Notes: generated by a model from the sequence alone, not told the origin. A DNA stretch of 42,024 nt from Kiritimatiellia bacterium (GCA_017445365.1 JAFSUH010000017.1:1-42024); one strand, 5' to 3'. Positions 1-8,582 are shown, numbered from the stretch's first letter. Numbers and translations: made by a program.

Positions 1-640
1 ACCGGATTTCGGGGACGGAGGCACCGGGACGGGGGAACATCTTTTCGAGCAGGGACTTCTTGGACTGCCGGAGTTTTTCGAGCCTCGCGTCCGTCGCCGC
101 GATCGTCTCGTCGAGATTCCGGAACAGCTCCGCGATCCGCCGCTGCTCGGGAAGGGAAGGAAAGCGGACCTCTCCGGAAAGCGCGTCCTCGTCGCTCACG
201 AGAAGCGTGTTCTTCGCCCCTTTGTTGACGAGCGGTCGCAGATAGGCGTTCAGACGGTCGTCGTTCTCGAAAAAGGTCTGGACGAAGTCGGCGTCCGCGA
301 TCGCGTCGTAGACGCCGTAGAGCGCGGAAACGATGCCGGACTTCGTCTTGTCGGCCTTGACGATTCCGTAAGGCGCCGCCTTCAACGGGGATTTCGTGTA
401 GGCGACCTGTCCCTTGTGGATGACCCGGTAGCCGAGCAGTGACGCGCCGGCGAACGACCGGCCCTGGAACTCGATTTGGTTGACGACGCCGTGTTCGCGC
501 GAAACCGAAAACACGTCGGTCGCGCCATAGCGGTTGTCCTCGTTCCGCTCTTCCGAAACCGAAAGATGGCGGGAGAGCTTGTCCGCTTCCCACGCCCCGC
601 CGAACTCCTTGAACCGAATGCGCGGCTCCGTCCCGTTCAT
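1..640 (-). CDS. hsdS: Type I restriction-modification specificity subunit HsdS, 5' part only (gene runs off the left edge)
   Basis: Absent from the ORF track because no stop lies in the window. Hand translation of the minus strand from ATG 640-638 gives MNGTEPRIRFKEFGGAWEADKLSRHL...KGAKNTLLVSDEDALSGEVRFPSLPEQRRIAELFRNLDETIAATDARLEKLRQSKKSLLEKMFPRPGASVPEIR. The LPEQRRIAE...KLRQSKKSLLEKMF helix is the HsdS central conserved region. The trailing VPEIR repeats the N-terminal EPRIRF entry motif of a second target-recognition domain. The start overlaps the upstream stop as ATGA (637-640). Confidence 0.8.
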   Translation of the reverse strand, partial: MNGTEPRIRFKEFGGAWEADKLSRHLSVSEERNEDNRYGATDVFSVSREHGVVNQIEFQGRSFAGASLLGYRVIHKGQVAYTKSPLKAAPYGIVKADKTKSGIVSALYGVYDAIADADFVQTFFENDDRLNAYLRPLVNKGAKNTLLVSDEDALSGEVRFPSLPEQRRIAELFRNLDETIAATDARLEKLRQSKKSLLEKMFPRPGASVPEIR

Positions 641-1770
641 TCCGCCCCTCCTTTTCCCGCTTCCTGCTCTTCGTCCAGGATTTGCCGAGCCCCGTCCAGA
701 AGCGGCCGGAGGGTCTTGTAGTCGTCCGGGACGTCTTCCGCCGTGCGGTAGGTGGCGACGCCCATCGGTGAGTTGTGGCGGCGGATGGTAAGACCGACCA
801 TCGTCTTGTTCATTTCGCGGCAGAGCAGAAGTCCGACGGACGGGTTCTCGTCCTCGCGCTTGACGTATTTGTCGAGACAGGCCAGATAGAGTTCCAGCTG
901 GCCGAGGTAGGCGGCCTTGAACTTGCCGCGCTTGAGTTCGACGGCGACCATGCACTTCAAGGCGCGGTGGAAGAAAACGAGGTCGGCGAAGAGTTCGTCA
1001 TCCTCGACGACGAAGCGCTTCTTTACGTCCATGAAGCAGAAGTCCGGCCCAAGCGCCTGGATGAAGTCCCGCACCTTGGAAACCATCTCCATCATCCATT
1101 CCGGCTCGTCCAGCGTCTCCTCGTCGTCGTTGGCGTCCACGATGTTGACGAAATCGAGCAGATACTCGTCCTTGAACGCCTGAACGGCGCGGGAAACCTG
1201 CTTGTCGTCCGGCATCGCAAGCGCGAAGTTGTTGACCGCCTTGCCCTGCGTCGCGTAGTCGTCCGCCTTCAGGTGCTGTTGCAGAACGCGCTTCGACCAG
1301 AACTCCGCAGCACATTTCCGAATGTAGAACAGGCGCTCTTCCACGGTTGCGCAACGATTGAGAATCAGCATGTGGTGGGTGAACCCAATCGACATGAAGG
1401 CGTTTGCATCGGTTTTTCCCAATTGGACAGCCACTGGCTGTCGAATTTCAATCCGATGCGAGTTCCCGTGCAATTGGACAGCCGCCGGCTGTCCAATTGC
1501 GTTGTCAGCCCAGCTCTCGAAGAACTGCCGCATCATTTTCATGTTCGAAGGGGAAAAACCGCGCAGCCCCGGCAGTTCCCTCGACAGTCGTTCCGAAATG
1601 TCTCGAATAATGCCTTCGCCCCAACGGCCGGAGCGGACATTCGCCGAGACATAGCCGCCGATGGCGAAGTAGAGCTTCAGCATTTCGGCGTTCGCGAGAC
1701 GCGCCGCCTGGTAGCGGCTTTGGAGAATCGCCGCCTTGATCGTCTTGACTGCGACAACGAGTTCGTTCAT
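637..1770 (-). CDS. PDDEXK-superfamily nuclease of the YhcG/DUF1016 family, embedded between hsdM and hsdS
   Basis: Last 377 aa of track ORF 637..2004, starting MNELVVAVKTIKAAILQSRYQAARLANAEMLKLYFAIGGY. It is colinear with YhcG-type proteins as I remember them: an N-terminal helical part ending ...NMKMMRQFFESW, a C-terminal nuclease core DDELFADLVFFHRALKCMVAVELKRGKFKAAYLGQLELYL, and the tail SPMGVATYR. ATG 1770-1768 overlaps the hsdM stop (ATGA), and its own stop overlaps the hsdS ATG. Confidence 0.85.
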   Translation of the reverse strand: MNELVVAVKTIKAAILQSRYQAARLANAEMLKLYFAIGGYVSANVRSGRWGEGIIRDISERLSRELPGLRGFSPSNMKMMRQFFESWADNAIGQPAAVQLHGNSHRIEIRQPVAVQLGKTDANAFMSIGFTHHMLILNRCATVEERLFYIRKCAAEFWSKRVLQQHLKADDYATQGKAVNNFALAMPDDKQVSRAVQAFKDEYLLDFVNIVDANDDEETLDEPEWMMEMVSKVRDFIQALGPDFCFMDVKKRFVVEDDELFADLVFFHRALKCMVAVELKRGKFKAAYLGQLELYLACLDKYVKREDENPSVGLLLCREMNKTMVGLTIRRHNSPMGVATYRTAEDVPDDYKTLRPLLDGARQILDEEQEAGKGGAE

Positions 1771-4406
1771 TTCCCGCCTCCTTCCACGGCGGCCTTGAGG
1801 GCGGCGAGGGCGTCCGCGTCGAAGGCGTCGCCGCGCAGGTCGCCGAGCAGGACGGCAAGGCCCGTCTCGGCGGCGCGCATCCGCTCCTCGACGCCGTCGA
1901 AGGTCTCGGCGTATTTGGCGGCGAGCGCCTTGAGCCGGGCGCAGAGGTCGTCCACGATGCGCCCGGGGAGGGTGCGGATGGCGTCGAGGAGCGGGTCGAT
2001 CCACTTGGCGCGGAGAAGCGCCCTGGCGTCCTCGTCGGACAGGGCCTCGATGGCGGCCTTGGTCGCGACGTGGAGCTCGGCCTTGAGGTCCTTGATTTCC
2101 TTCTTGAGCGCCTTCTCGCGCAGCAGGAGGGACTGGGCGCGGATGAGGACGGCCTCGGGCGACCCCTCCGGGAAGCCGCCGTTGCGGACGAGGTGGTCGA
2201 GGCGACCGCCCTTCTTGACCTTCGCGGAAGGGAATCGGGAGAGGAAGAGGTCGTCCACAGCCGCCGCGACGGCCTTGGCGTCGAAAGCGGCGTTGTCGTC
2301 GTCCAGCAGCTTCTCCTTGTCGTCCTCGTCGAGCGATTCGGCGAGGGCGGCGAGCTCCGACGCGGCGTCGAGCAGCTCAGCCTCCTTCGCGGCGACGGCG
2401 GCCGTCTGCGGCCCGAGCAGGGCGCGCTGCGCCAGTTCGAACGGGACGATCCGTCCGACCCAGCCGTCCTGGACCTCCTGCTCCTTGCCGTCCTTCTTCT
2501 TCAGGACCAGGTTCGGATCGACCTTGCGGACGGCGGCGAATCCTTCCTCCTGCAGCACTTCGAGGTCGTTCGCGGCGACGAGCCACGCGTCGTCCAGATG
2601 CTGGTAGGCGGCGTAGGGGTCGACGAGCGGGACGTCCGAGAGCCGGCGGAAGACCTCGTCCGCAAGGAGCCGCTCCTCCTTGGCGACGGCGACGTCCCGC
2701 CAGTGCGCCACGAGGCGGTCTTCGAGCCACGGGCCGAAGCCGTCGAACGCGGCCGCGAAGCTGTTCGCGAAGGCGCGGACGGAGGCGTGGGAGCGCGCCG
2801 CGGCGGCGATGTCGGGGACGGCGAGGGAGGAATACGGCGACCCGTCGCCGGAGAACAGGGCTTCGCGGAGACCGTCGAAAACCCCCCACGCTTCTTGGAA
2901 ACGGTCCAGTTCGGCATTCGGGACGCCGCCCTTCATGGTCGCGAAAAGGTCCCGGGTTTCGGGATTGCCGGAGGAATCGACGTATCGGGGGATGTTGAGA
3001 TTGTAGCCGTTGGCGCGGACTTCGTCCCGGGAAACGAGCCGGGAAAATCCGGGAACCTCCGCGGGGCGGGCGGCTACCGTGTCCGCGATGCGGCGGATGT
3101 CGCATGCGCGGAGCCGGTTCTTCTTGCCCTGCTTCGCGAACCCGCGGGAAGCGTCCACGAAAAGGATGCCCTCGTCCCGTCCGTCTTTCCTGAGGACCAT
3201 CACGATGGTGGGAATGCCCGTTCCGAAGAAAATGTCGGGAGGGAGCCCGATGATGGCGGAGATGTTGTTCCCCTCGACGAGATGCCTGCGGATTTCGCAC
3301 TCCTCGTCGCCGCGGAACAGGACGCCGTGCGGCAGGACGATTGTCATGATGCCGTTCGGCTTCAGGTGGTAGAGGTCATGGAGCAGAAACGCGTAGTCGG
3401 CCTTCGATTTCGGCGCCAGCCCGTATTCAAAACGCGGGTCGGAGCGCTTCGTCTCGTCCGGCGTCCAGTTCTGGGAGTAGGGGGGATTGGAGACGACGGC
3501 ATCGACGCGGAGCGGCATGAAGCCGCCGCCCGCCGCCGTTTCGTCGGAAACGGGCCAGTCCTCCTCGAGCGTGTCCGCGTTGTGCGTCTCGATGTTGTCG
3601 GGAAGGATGCCGCGCATGACGAGGTTCATGCGCGTCAGGTTCCATGTGTTTGCCTTGAGCTCCTGCGCGTAGTACTTGATTTTGTTGCGGTCCGCCATGT
3701 GCCGGGCGACGGAACGGCCGATGTTGATGAGAAGCGATCCCGAGCCGCTCGTCGGGTCGTAGATTCCGATGCGTTCCCGGTCCTTGAGGTGGTCGGCGAT
3801 GATTTCGCTCATCAGGACGGAGACCTCGTGCGGCGTGTAGAACTCGCCCGCCTTCTTTCCGGCGTTCGCGGCGAAATTGCCGATGAGGTATTCGTAGATG
3901 AAGCCGAGAACGTCGTAGTCCTGGCGGCCGTCCATCGGGATGTCCTTGATCAGGTGCAGGAGTCCCGCGACGGCCTTCGTCTGCGCACCGGATGTGTCGC
4001 CGAGCTTCTGGAGGCCGAGCTGGAGCGTGTCGAAAATCTTCCCGAAGACCTTCTTGTGGTGGTCGCTGACCAGCCGGTCGAAGGCGGAAAGGGCCGTCGA
4101 AACGTCCGAAATGTCGAACGTCTTCGCCGCATCGCGTTCGAGCCAGGTCGAAAAGAGGTTCCGCCAGGAGATGAAATAGCCGAGGTTCGCCTTGCAGAAA
4201 TCGACCGTCGGGCGGTCGGCCTCGGAAAGCTCCCGGAGCTCCGCGTCGGACATGCCCCGCTTCTTGAGGAAATCGGCCTCCTTGTCGGAAAGGAACTTGT
4301 AGAAGATGAACCCGAGGATGTAGTCCTTGTACTCGTTCGCCTCGATTTTGGACCGCATCTTGTTGGCGGATTCCCAGATCCTGGATGCAAGCTGCTGCTT
4401 GTTCAT
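1767..4406 (-). CDS. hsdM: Type I restriction-modification N6-adenine DNA methyltransferase subunit HsdM, long form (879 aa)
   Basis: Track ORF 1767..4475. Start moved to ATG 4406-4404 (MNKQQLASRIWESANKMRSKIEANEYKDYILGFIFYKFLSDKE, a classic HsdM N-terminus) because AAGGAG sits 6 nt upstream. This start also avoids overlap with the upstream gene. AdoMet motif IYDPTSGSGSLL, catalytic VVSNPPYSQNW, and GYNLNIPRYVD near aa 470-480. About 400 further residues follow (see findings). Confidence 0.9.
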   Translation of the reverse strand: MNKQQLASRIWESANKMRSKIEANEYKDYILGFIFYKFLSDKEADFLKKRGMSDAELRELSEADRPTVDFCKANLGYFISWRNLFSTWLERDAAKTFDISDVSTALSAFDRLVSDHHKKVFGKIFDTLQLGLQKLGDTSGAQTKAVAGLLHLIKDIPMDGRQDYDVLGFIYEYLIGNFAANAGKKAGEFYTPHEVSVLMSEIIADHLKDRERIGIYDPTSGSGSLLINIGRSVARHMADRNKIKYYAQELKANTWNLTRMNLVMRGILPDNIETHNADTLEEDWPVSDETAAGGGFMPLRVDAVVSNPPYSQNWTPDETKRSDPRFEYGLAPKSKADYAFLLHDLYHLKPNGIMTIVLPHGVLFRGDEECEIRRHLVEGNNISAIIGLPPDIFFGTGIPTIVMVLRKDGRDEGILFVDASRGFAKQGKKNRLRACDIRRIADTVAARPAEVPGFSRLVSRDEVRANGYNLNIPRYVDSSGNPETRDLFATMKGGVPNAELDRFQEAWGVFDGLREALFSGDGSPYSSLAVPDIAAAARSHASVRAFANSFAAAFDGFGPWLEDRLVAHWRDVAVAKEERLLADEVFRRLSDVPLVDPYAAYQHLDDAWLVAANDLEVLQEEGFAAVRKVDPNLVLKKKDGKEQEVQDGWVGRIVPFELAQRALLGPQTAAVAAKEAELLDAASELAALAESLDEDDKEKLLDDDNAAFDAKAVAAAVDDLFLSRFPSAKVKKGGRLDHLVRNGGFPEGSPEAVLIRAQSLLLREKALKKEIKDLKAELHVATKAAIEALSDEDARALLRAKWIDPLLDAIRTLPGRIVDDLCARLKALAAKYAETFDGVEERMRAAETGLAVLLGDLRGDAFDADALAALKAAVEGGGK

Positions 4407-4437
4407 GGAAAGCTCCTTGTTCCCCGCCGAAGCGGAA

Positions 4438-5454
4438 TCAGCGATGGCCGTGTCCGCTTCTGAACCAAGCGACAAACATCACTGCGGAGAACAGCACGAA
4501 TGCGGCTAATCTCCACCATCCGGAAAACAGACTGCAAACGATGTTGGCGCCAATTGCCAGTGCCAGCTGGGATGGCCCTATGCGCTCCTTCGAGAAGAGA
4601 GTGAAAAACGAGAATGGAAGATTTTGATTGTCCTCGTGTTTCAGTTTGTTGAACACGACGAGGCAATCGCCCGGTTCGATTGTGGCGCTGATTCCCGGGA
4701 GATCCTTCGTGTAGGTGACGGCCCCGGATGATTCAAGCGTCCGGATCGACTTGAAGGCCGCCCGGTCCTGTAGGGCACATTCAAAAGCGGAGGGAACGAT
4801 GTGAAGGCAATAGCAGGACCGAATGTCTACCATCTGTTCCAACGGGAACTTGTCCGGCGCGTTGCGGGGTTCGTTGACCTTGATGTCGTAGCAAAAAACG
4901 GTCTTTGCGATGCCGCCGTGTTCCCATGGGATGGAACGGCCGTTCGACTTGACGAAGAAACGGAAGTAGATCCGCTCGCCAACTCGCTCGAAATCGTTTG
5001 AGGCCTGCGGAAATGATACCTCGGCCGAAATGGTGTTCGGGGTGTCGCAATCCCGTCGCAGGGTGAGCGGCAGCAAACAAAACCGCTGCTTGTCGCCAAA
5101 CGAGAAAAGAACCCCCCGGGGAGTCGATCCCCCACCGGAAATGAACTCGGTCCCGGCGACCTGTTCGTTGAAAACAAAACGCGCGTTCTCGGGATTCTTC
5201 AGACTTGGAAACAAATCACCGGAAAGCAACTGGCCGTCATACCAAGGGATATGCACCTTGAACTCCAGACGCGGGAAACTCTGTCCCCCCGCATGGTCCG
5301 CTTTGAATCCTTCTTTCAACCGAATCAGCATGCCGATTTCGAGGAATTCCGGCCCGTGCTTCAAATTCCATGTGCAGAAATGGGCCTTCTCCACAACGAC
5401 GTGTTCATGTTGTGGCGAAATGACGAAATAACCGGTATCAGAATTTTTCTTCAT
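4438..5454 (-). CDS. Hypothetical protein, 338 aa, C-terminal membrane anchor; low-G+C orphan upstream of hsdM
   Basis: This is the only plausible part of the 1377-aa track ORF 4438..8571. It starts at ATG 5454-5452 (MKKNSDTGYFVISPQHEHVVVEKAHFCTWNLKHG...). Amino-acid composition is normal, unlike the Arg/Gly/Pro shadow sequence upstream of it. It ends with hydrophobic segments LALAIGANIVCSLFSGWWRLAAFVLFSAVMFVAWF. Hand count of 4561-4680 gives 59/120 G+C against 43/60 for 6001-6060. The stop lies 31 nt before the hsdM ATG on the same strand. Confidence 0.7.
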   Translation of the reverse strand: MKKNSDTGYFVISPQHEHVVVEKAHFCTWNLKHGPEFLEIGMLIRLKEGFKADHAGGQSFPRLEFKVHIPWYDGQLLSGDLFPSLKNPENARFVFNEQVAGTEFISGGGSTPRGVLFSFGDKQRFCLLPLTLRRDCDTPNTISAEVSFPQASNDFERVGERIYFRFFVKSNGRSIPWEHGGIAKTVFCYDIKVNEPRNAPDKFPLEQMVDIRSCYCLHIVPSAFECALQDRAAFKSIRTLESSGAVTYTKDLPGISATIEPGDCLVVFNKLKHEDNQNLPFSFFTLFSKERIGPSQLALAIGANIVCSLFSGWWRLAAFVLFSAVMFVAWFRSGHGHR

Positions 5455-5757
5455 CGATGGAGTCACGGATGGGGGCCTCATGCGTTCCGGTCGGGCCGGA
5501 ATGCCACGCGACGGGATGGACGATTCCGGGACGGGAATCGCGTGGTGCAAGGCAACGGGATCCGTACCGGCGAAATCCAAGGGACTGGGAAGCAAGGAAT
5601 GGCATGGCGAATGGGAAGGACGAAGGAAATTTACCATCGCTCGTGCGCAGGGGGCAATGTGGAACGCAAATAAACAGTTATCCCGAAAATCCCGGGGACG
5701 AATGTGGTTTTGCCGGACATTGGCAAGGCGCGTCTTGCGTGGTACCGTTTCCGGCCC

Positions 5758-7071
5758 ATGAAATCCGTCCCCGATTCCCCCCGGCCCAACGGCCGGGCGC
5801 TCCTGCCGTTCCTCGTTTTCGTCGCCTTCTACCTCGGTCTCTCCCTCCAGGCCGGCGATTTCTACAAGGTCCCCATGCCCATCGCCTTCGTCGTCGCCTC
5901 CGCGGCGGCCCTCTGCCTCGGCCGCCCGAAGACCCTCGAGGAGAAAATCGACTCCTACGCCTCCTCCATGGGCGAGCCGAACATCATGATCATGTGCATG
6001 GTCTTCATCCTCGCCGGGTCCTTCGCCACCATCGCCAAGGGCTCCGGCGCGGTGGACGCCGCCGTCGCCATCGCCCGCGCGCTCGTCCCCGCCCGCTTCC
6101 TCCTCGCGGGCATGGTCCTCGTCTCCTCCCTCGTCTCGCTCGCCATCGGCACGAGCTGCGGGACCATCGCCGCCCTCGTCCCCATCGCCGCGGGCCGCGT
6201 CGGCCCCCTCGGCGCGGACCCCCCGCGCATGGTCGGCGCGGTCGGCGGCGGCGCGCTGTTCGGCGACAACCGCTCGCTCATTTCCGACACCACCATCGCC
6301 GCCACGCGCACCCAGGGCATCGAAATGCGCGCGAAGTTCCTCGCGAACTTCCGGATCGCCCTCCCCGCCGCGCTCGCGACGCTTGCGCTCTACGCCCTCC
6401 TCGGCCGCGGCACCGCGGAACTCGCTTCCGACCCCATCGGCTGGCGCGAGTGGATTCTCGTCACGCCCTACGCCCTCGTCCTCCTCCTCGCCCTCGCGGG
6501 CTTGAACGTGATGGCGCTTCTCTTCGGCGGCACGCTCCTCTCCGCCGTCCTCGGCATCGCCTTCGGCAAGATCGGCGGCTGGGACGCGCTCGACCTCGTC
6601 GGCAAGGGCACGCTCGGGATGAGCGAAACGCTCGTGGTGGCGCTCCTCGCGGGAGGCCTCCTCGGCCTCATCCGCCACAACGGCGGCATCGACTGGCTCA
6701 TGGAAAAAATCGGCGCCACCGTCCACGGCGTGCGCGGATGCGAACTCGGCGTCCTCCTCCTCGTCTCCGCCGTCAACCTCTTCACCGCGAACAACACGGT
6801 CGCCATCATCGTCGCCGGCCCCGTCGCCAAGTCCCTTTCGGAGCGCTTCGGCGCGAAGGAGGAGCGGGTGGCGAGCATCCTCGACACGGGCTCTTGCATC
6901 CTCCAGGGCGTCATCCCCTACGGCGCGCAGCTGCTGATGGCGGTGTCGCTCGCCGCGGGCGCGGGCGTCGAAGTCGGCGCCTTCCCGCTCATCGGCAAGC
7001 TCTACTACCAGGGGATGCTCCTCGTTGCCGTCCTGGTCGCCATCGCGCTTCCCCGCCGCCGCACCGCCTAG
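5758..7071 (+). CDS. nhaC: Na+/H+ antiporter NhaC-family membrane transporter
   Basis: Track ORF 5704..7071 (GTG). I prefer the in-frame ATG 5758 (MKSVPDSPRPNGRALLPFLVFVAFYLGL). The protein is polytopic and hydrophobic throughout. The segment GGGALFGDNRSLISDTTIAATR matches the NhaC-family GD..SP.SDTT signature as I recall it. Confidence 0.7.
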   Translation: MKSVPDSPRPNGRALLPFLVFVAFYLGLSLQAGDFYKVPMPIAFVVASAAALCLGRPKTLEEKIDSYASSMGEPNIMIMCMVFILAGSFATIAKGSGAVDAAVAIARALVPARFLLAGMVLVSSLVSLAIGTSCGTIAALVPIAAGRVGPLGADPPRMVGAVGGGALFGDNRSLISDTTIAATRTQGIEMRAKFLANFRIALPAALATLALYALLGRGTAELASDPIGWREWILVTPYALVLLLALAGLNVMALLFGGTLLSAVLGIAFGKIGGWDALDLVGKGTLGMSETLVVALLAGGLLGLIRHNGGIDWLMEKIGATVHGVRGCELGVLLLVSAVNLFTANNTVAIIVAGPVAKSLSERFGAKEERVASILDTGSCILQGVIPYGAQLLMAVSLAAGAGVEVGAFPLIGKLYYQGMLLVAVLVAIALPRRRTA

Positions 7072-7098
7072 CCTTTTACTTCCCCTCCTTCCCCGGAC

Positions 7099-8394
7099 AT
7101 GACTCCTTCCCGCTCCCGCTTCCCCCTCGTCCGGCGGATTCTCGCCGGGTTCTTCCTCGGCATCGCCTTCGGCCTCGCCGCCTCGCGTTTCGCGCCGGAG
7201 GCGCTGCCCGGGATGCTCGCCGTCGTCTCGCCTTTCGGCGCGGTGCTCGTTTCGATGCTCAAGATGGTGGTGTACCCCATCATCTTCTTCTCGCTGGTGC
7301 TCGGCACGGCGAGCATGCCGCTTCGCAGTTCCGGGCGCATCGGCGGGGCGGTCGTCGCGTGGTACTTCGCGACCTCGCTTGTCGCGACGGTGTTCGGCGT
7401 GGCGATGGCGCTTGCCCTCGATCCGGCCATGACCGCGGCCGCGGAGACGGCCGGCCGGTACATGGACGGCGTCAAGGCCCTGTCGGCCTCTTCCGCCCCG
7501 GAGGGCTTCGGCGCGTTCCTGACCGGCCTCTTCGGCAACCCGTTCGCGGCGCTGGCGGAAGGGCGGTTCCTCCCGATCATCGTCTTCGCGATTTTGTTCG
7601 GCCTTGCGGCGCGCACGATGCTCGACGAAGGGAAGAACCGCGCGTCGGTCGAAGCGATGCTCCGCACCTGCGACGGCGTCCAGCACGCGGCGTTCAAGCT
7701 CATCGACTGGGTGATGGCGTACTTCCCCTTCGGCGTCTTCGCCCTGACCTTCTGCAACTTCGCGGAGAACGGGACGCTGCTCTTCGGGCCGTACCTGCGC
7801 ATCGTCTTCTGCATCCTCGCGGGCGTTTCGGCGATGATTCTCGCGGTCTACCCGCTCGCCGTGGCGCTGCTCTGCCGCGAAAACCCCTACCGGGTGCTTT
7901 TCCGCCTCCGCCAGGCGCTGCTGACGGCCTTCGTGACGCGCTCCAGCGCGGCGACCCTGCCGGTTTCGTTCCGCGCGATGGACGAGGTGGGCGTGCCGCG
8001 GTCGCTTTCGAGCTTTTCGCTGCCGCTGGGGGCGACGGTGAACATGGACGGGGTTTGCGTGCACCTGCCGGTGTTCGTGATCCTGGCGGCGAACATGTTC
8101 GGCCTGCACCTCTCGGCGGGGCAGCTCGGCGTGCTGGTGGTTTCGGTGATGTTCGCTTCGATCGGCGCGGGCGGGATACCGGGCGGCTCGGTGTTCCTGC
8201 TTTTCATGGTGCTGGAAAACCTGGGGCTGGAGGCGGGGCAGGTGGCGACGATCGTGGCGCTGGCGCTGGGGATCAACCCGGTGCTGGACATGTTCGAGAC
8301 CTGCTGCAACGTGGCGGGGGACAACGTTTGCACGTACATCGTCGCCCGCCGCGCGGGCATGATTTCCGAACCGCCCGGCGGCGCCGCGGAATGA
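7099..8394 (+). CDS. Dicarboxylate/amino acid:cation symporter (DAACS, GltP/SstT-like)
   Basis: Track ORF 7099..8394. Family-typical segments are SMLKMVVYPIIFFSLVLG, TRSSAATLPVSF, LPLGATVNMDGV and ASIGAGGIPGGS. Confidence 0.88.
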   Translation: MTPSRSRFPLVRRILAGFFLGIAFGLAASRFAPEALPGMLAVVSPFGAVLVSMLKMVVYPIIFFSLVLGTASMPLRSSGRIGGAVVAWYFATSLVATVFGVAMALALDPAMTAAAETAGRYMDGVKALSASSAPEGFGAFLTGLFGNPFAALAEGRFLPIIVFAILFGLAARTMLDEGKNRASVEAMLRTCDGVQHAAFKLIDWVMAYFPFGVFALTFCNFAENGTLLFGPYLRIVFCILAGVSAMILAVYPLAVALLCRENPYRVLFRLRQALLTAFVTRSSAATLPVSFRAMDEVGVPRSLSSFSLPLGATVNMDGVCVHLPVFVILAANMFGLHLSAGQLGVLVVSVMFASIGAGGIPGGSVFLLFMVLENLGLEAGQVATIVALALGINPVLDMFETCCNVAGDNVCTYIVARRAGMISEPPGGAAE

Positions 8395-8416
8395 ACAACC
8401 CGCCGCGCCCGGCGGC

Positions 8417-8469
8417 ATTTTGCCAATGTTCGGCAAAATTCGCCTGATTTTGCCAAGGTTTGGCAAAAT
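8417..8469. repeat. AT-rich double palindrome (REP/BIME-like pair)
   Basis: attttgccaatgttcggcaaaat (8417-8439), a 7-nt spacer, then attttgccaaggtttggcaaaat (8447-8469). It begins 22 nt after the transporter stop at 8394. Confidence 0.85.
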
Positions 8470-8582
8470 GCAAAACGGCGCGGCGGCAAGGATTTGCCGG
8501 TTCCTTGTCCGCGCCCGGCGTTGCGGCGGGGCGGGGGACGTGGTAAAAATCTTCCGTTTCCCCTTTTCCAAAAGGTTTTCCC

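Noticed and set aside
8417-8469. The AT-rich palindromes as simple Rho-independent terminators
   Set aside because: On either strand each hairpin is followed by an A-run (TTGGCAAAA), not a U-run, and the stems are short and AT-rich. A REP-like or protein-binding role fits better. Genuine terminators in the window (31447-31477 and 39358-39386) look quite different.
4438-8571. 1377-aa minus-strand ORF spanning the orphan gene, nhaC and the DAACS transporter region
   Set aside because: Only its last 338 codons (4438-5454) have protein-like composition. The rest is an Arg/Gly/Pro/His-rich shadow frame antisense to two well-supported transporter genes, as is typical of ~70% G+C DNA.
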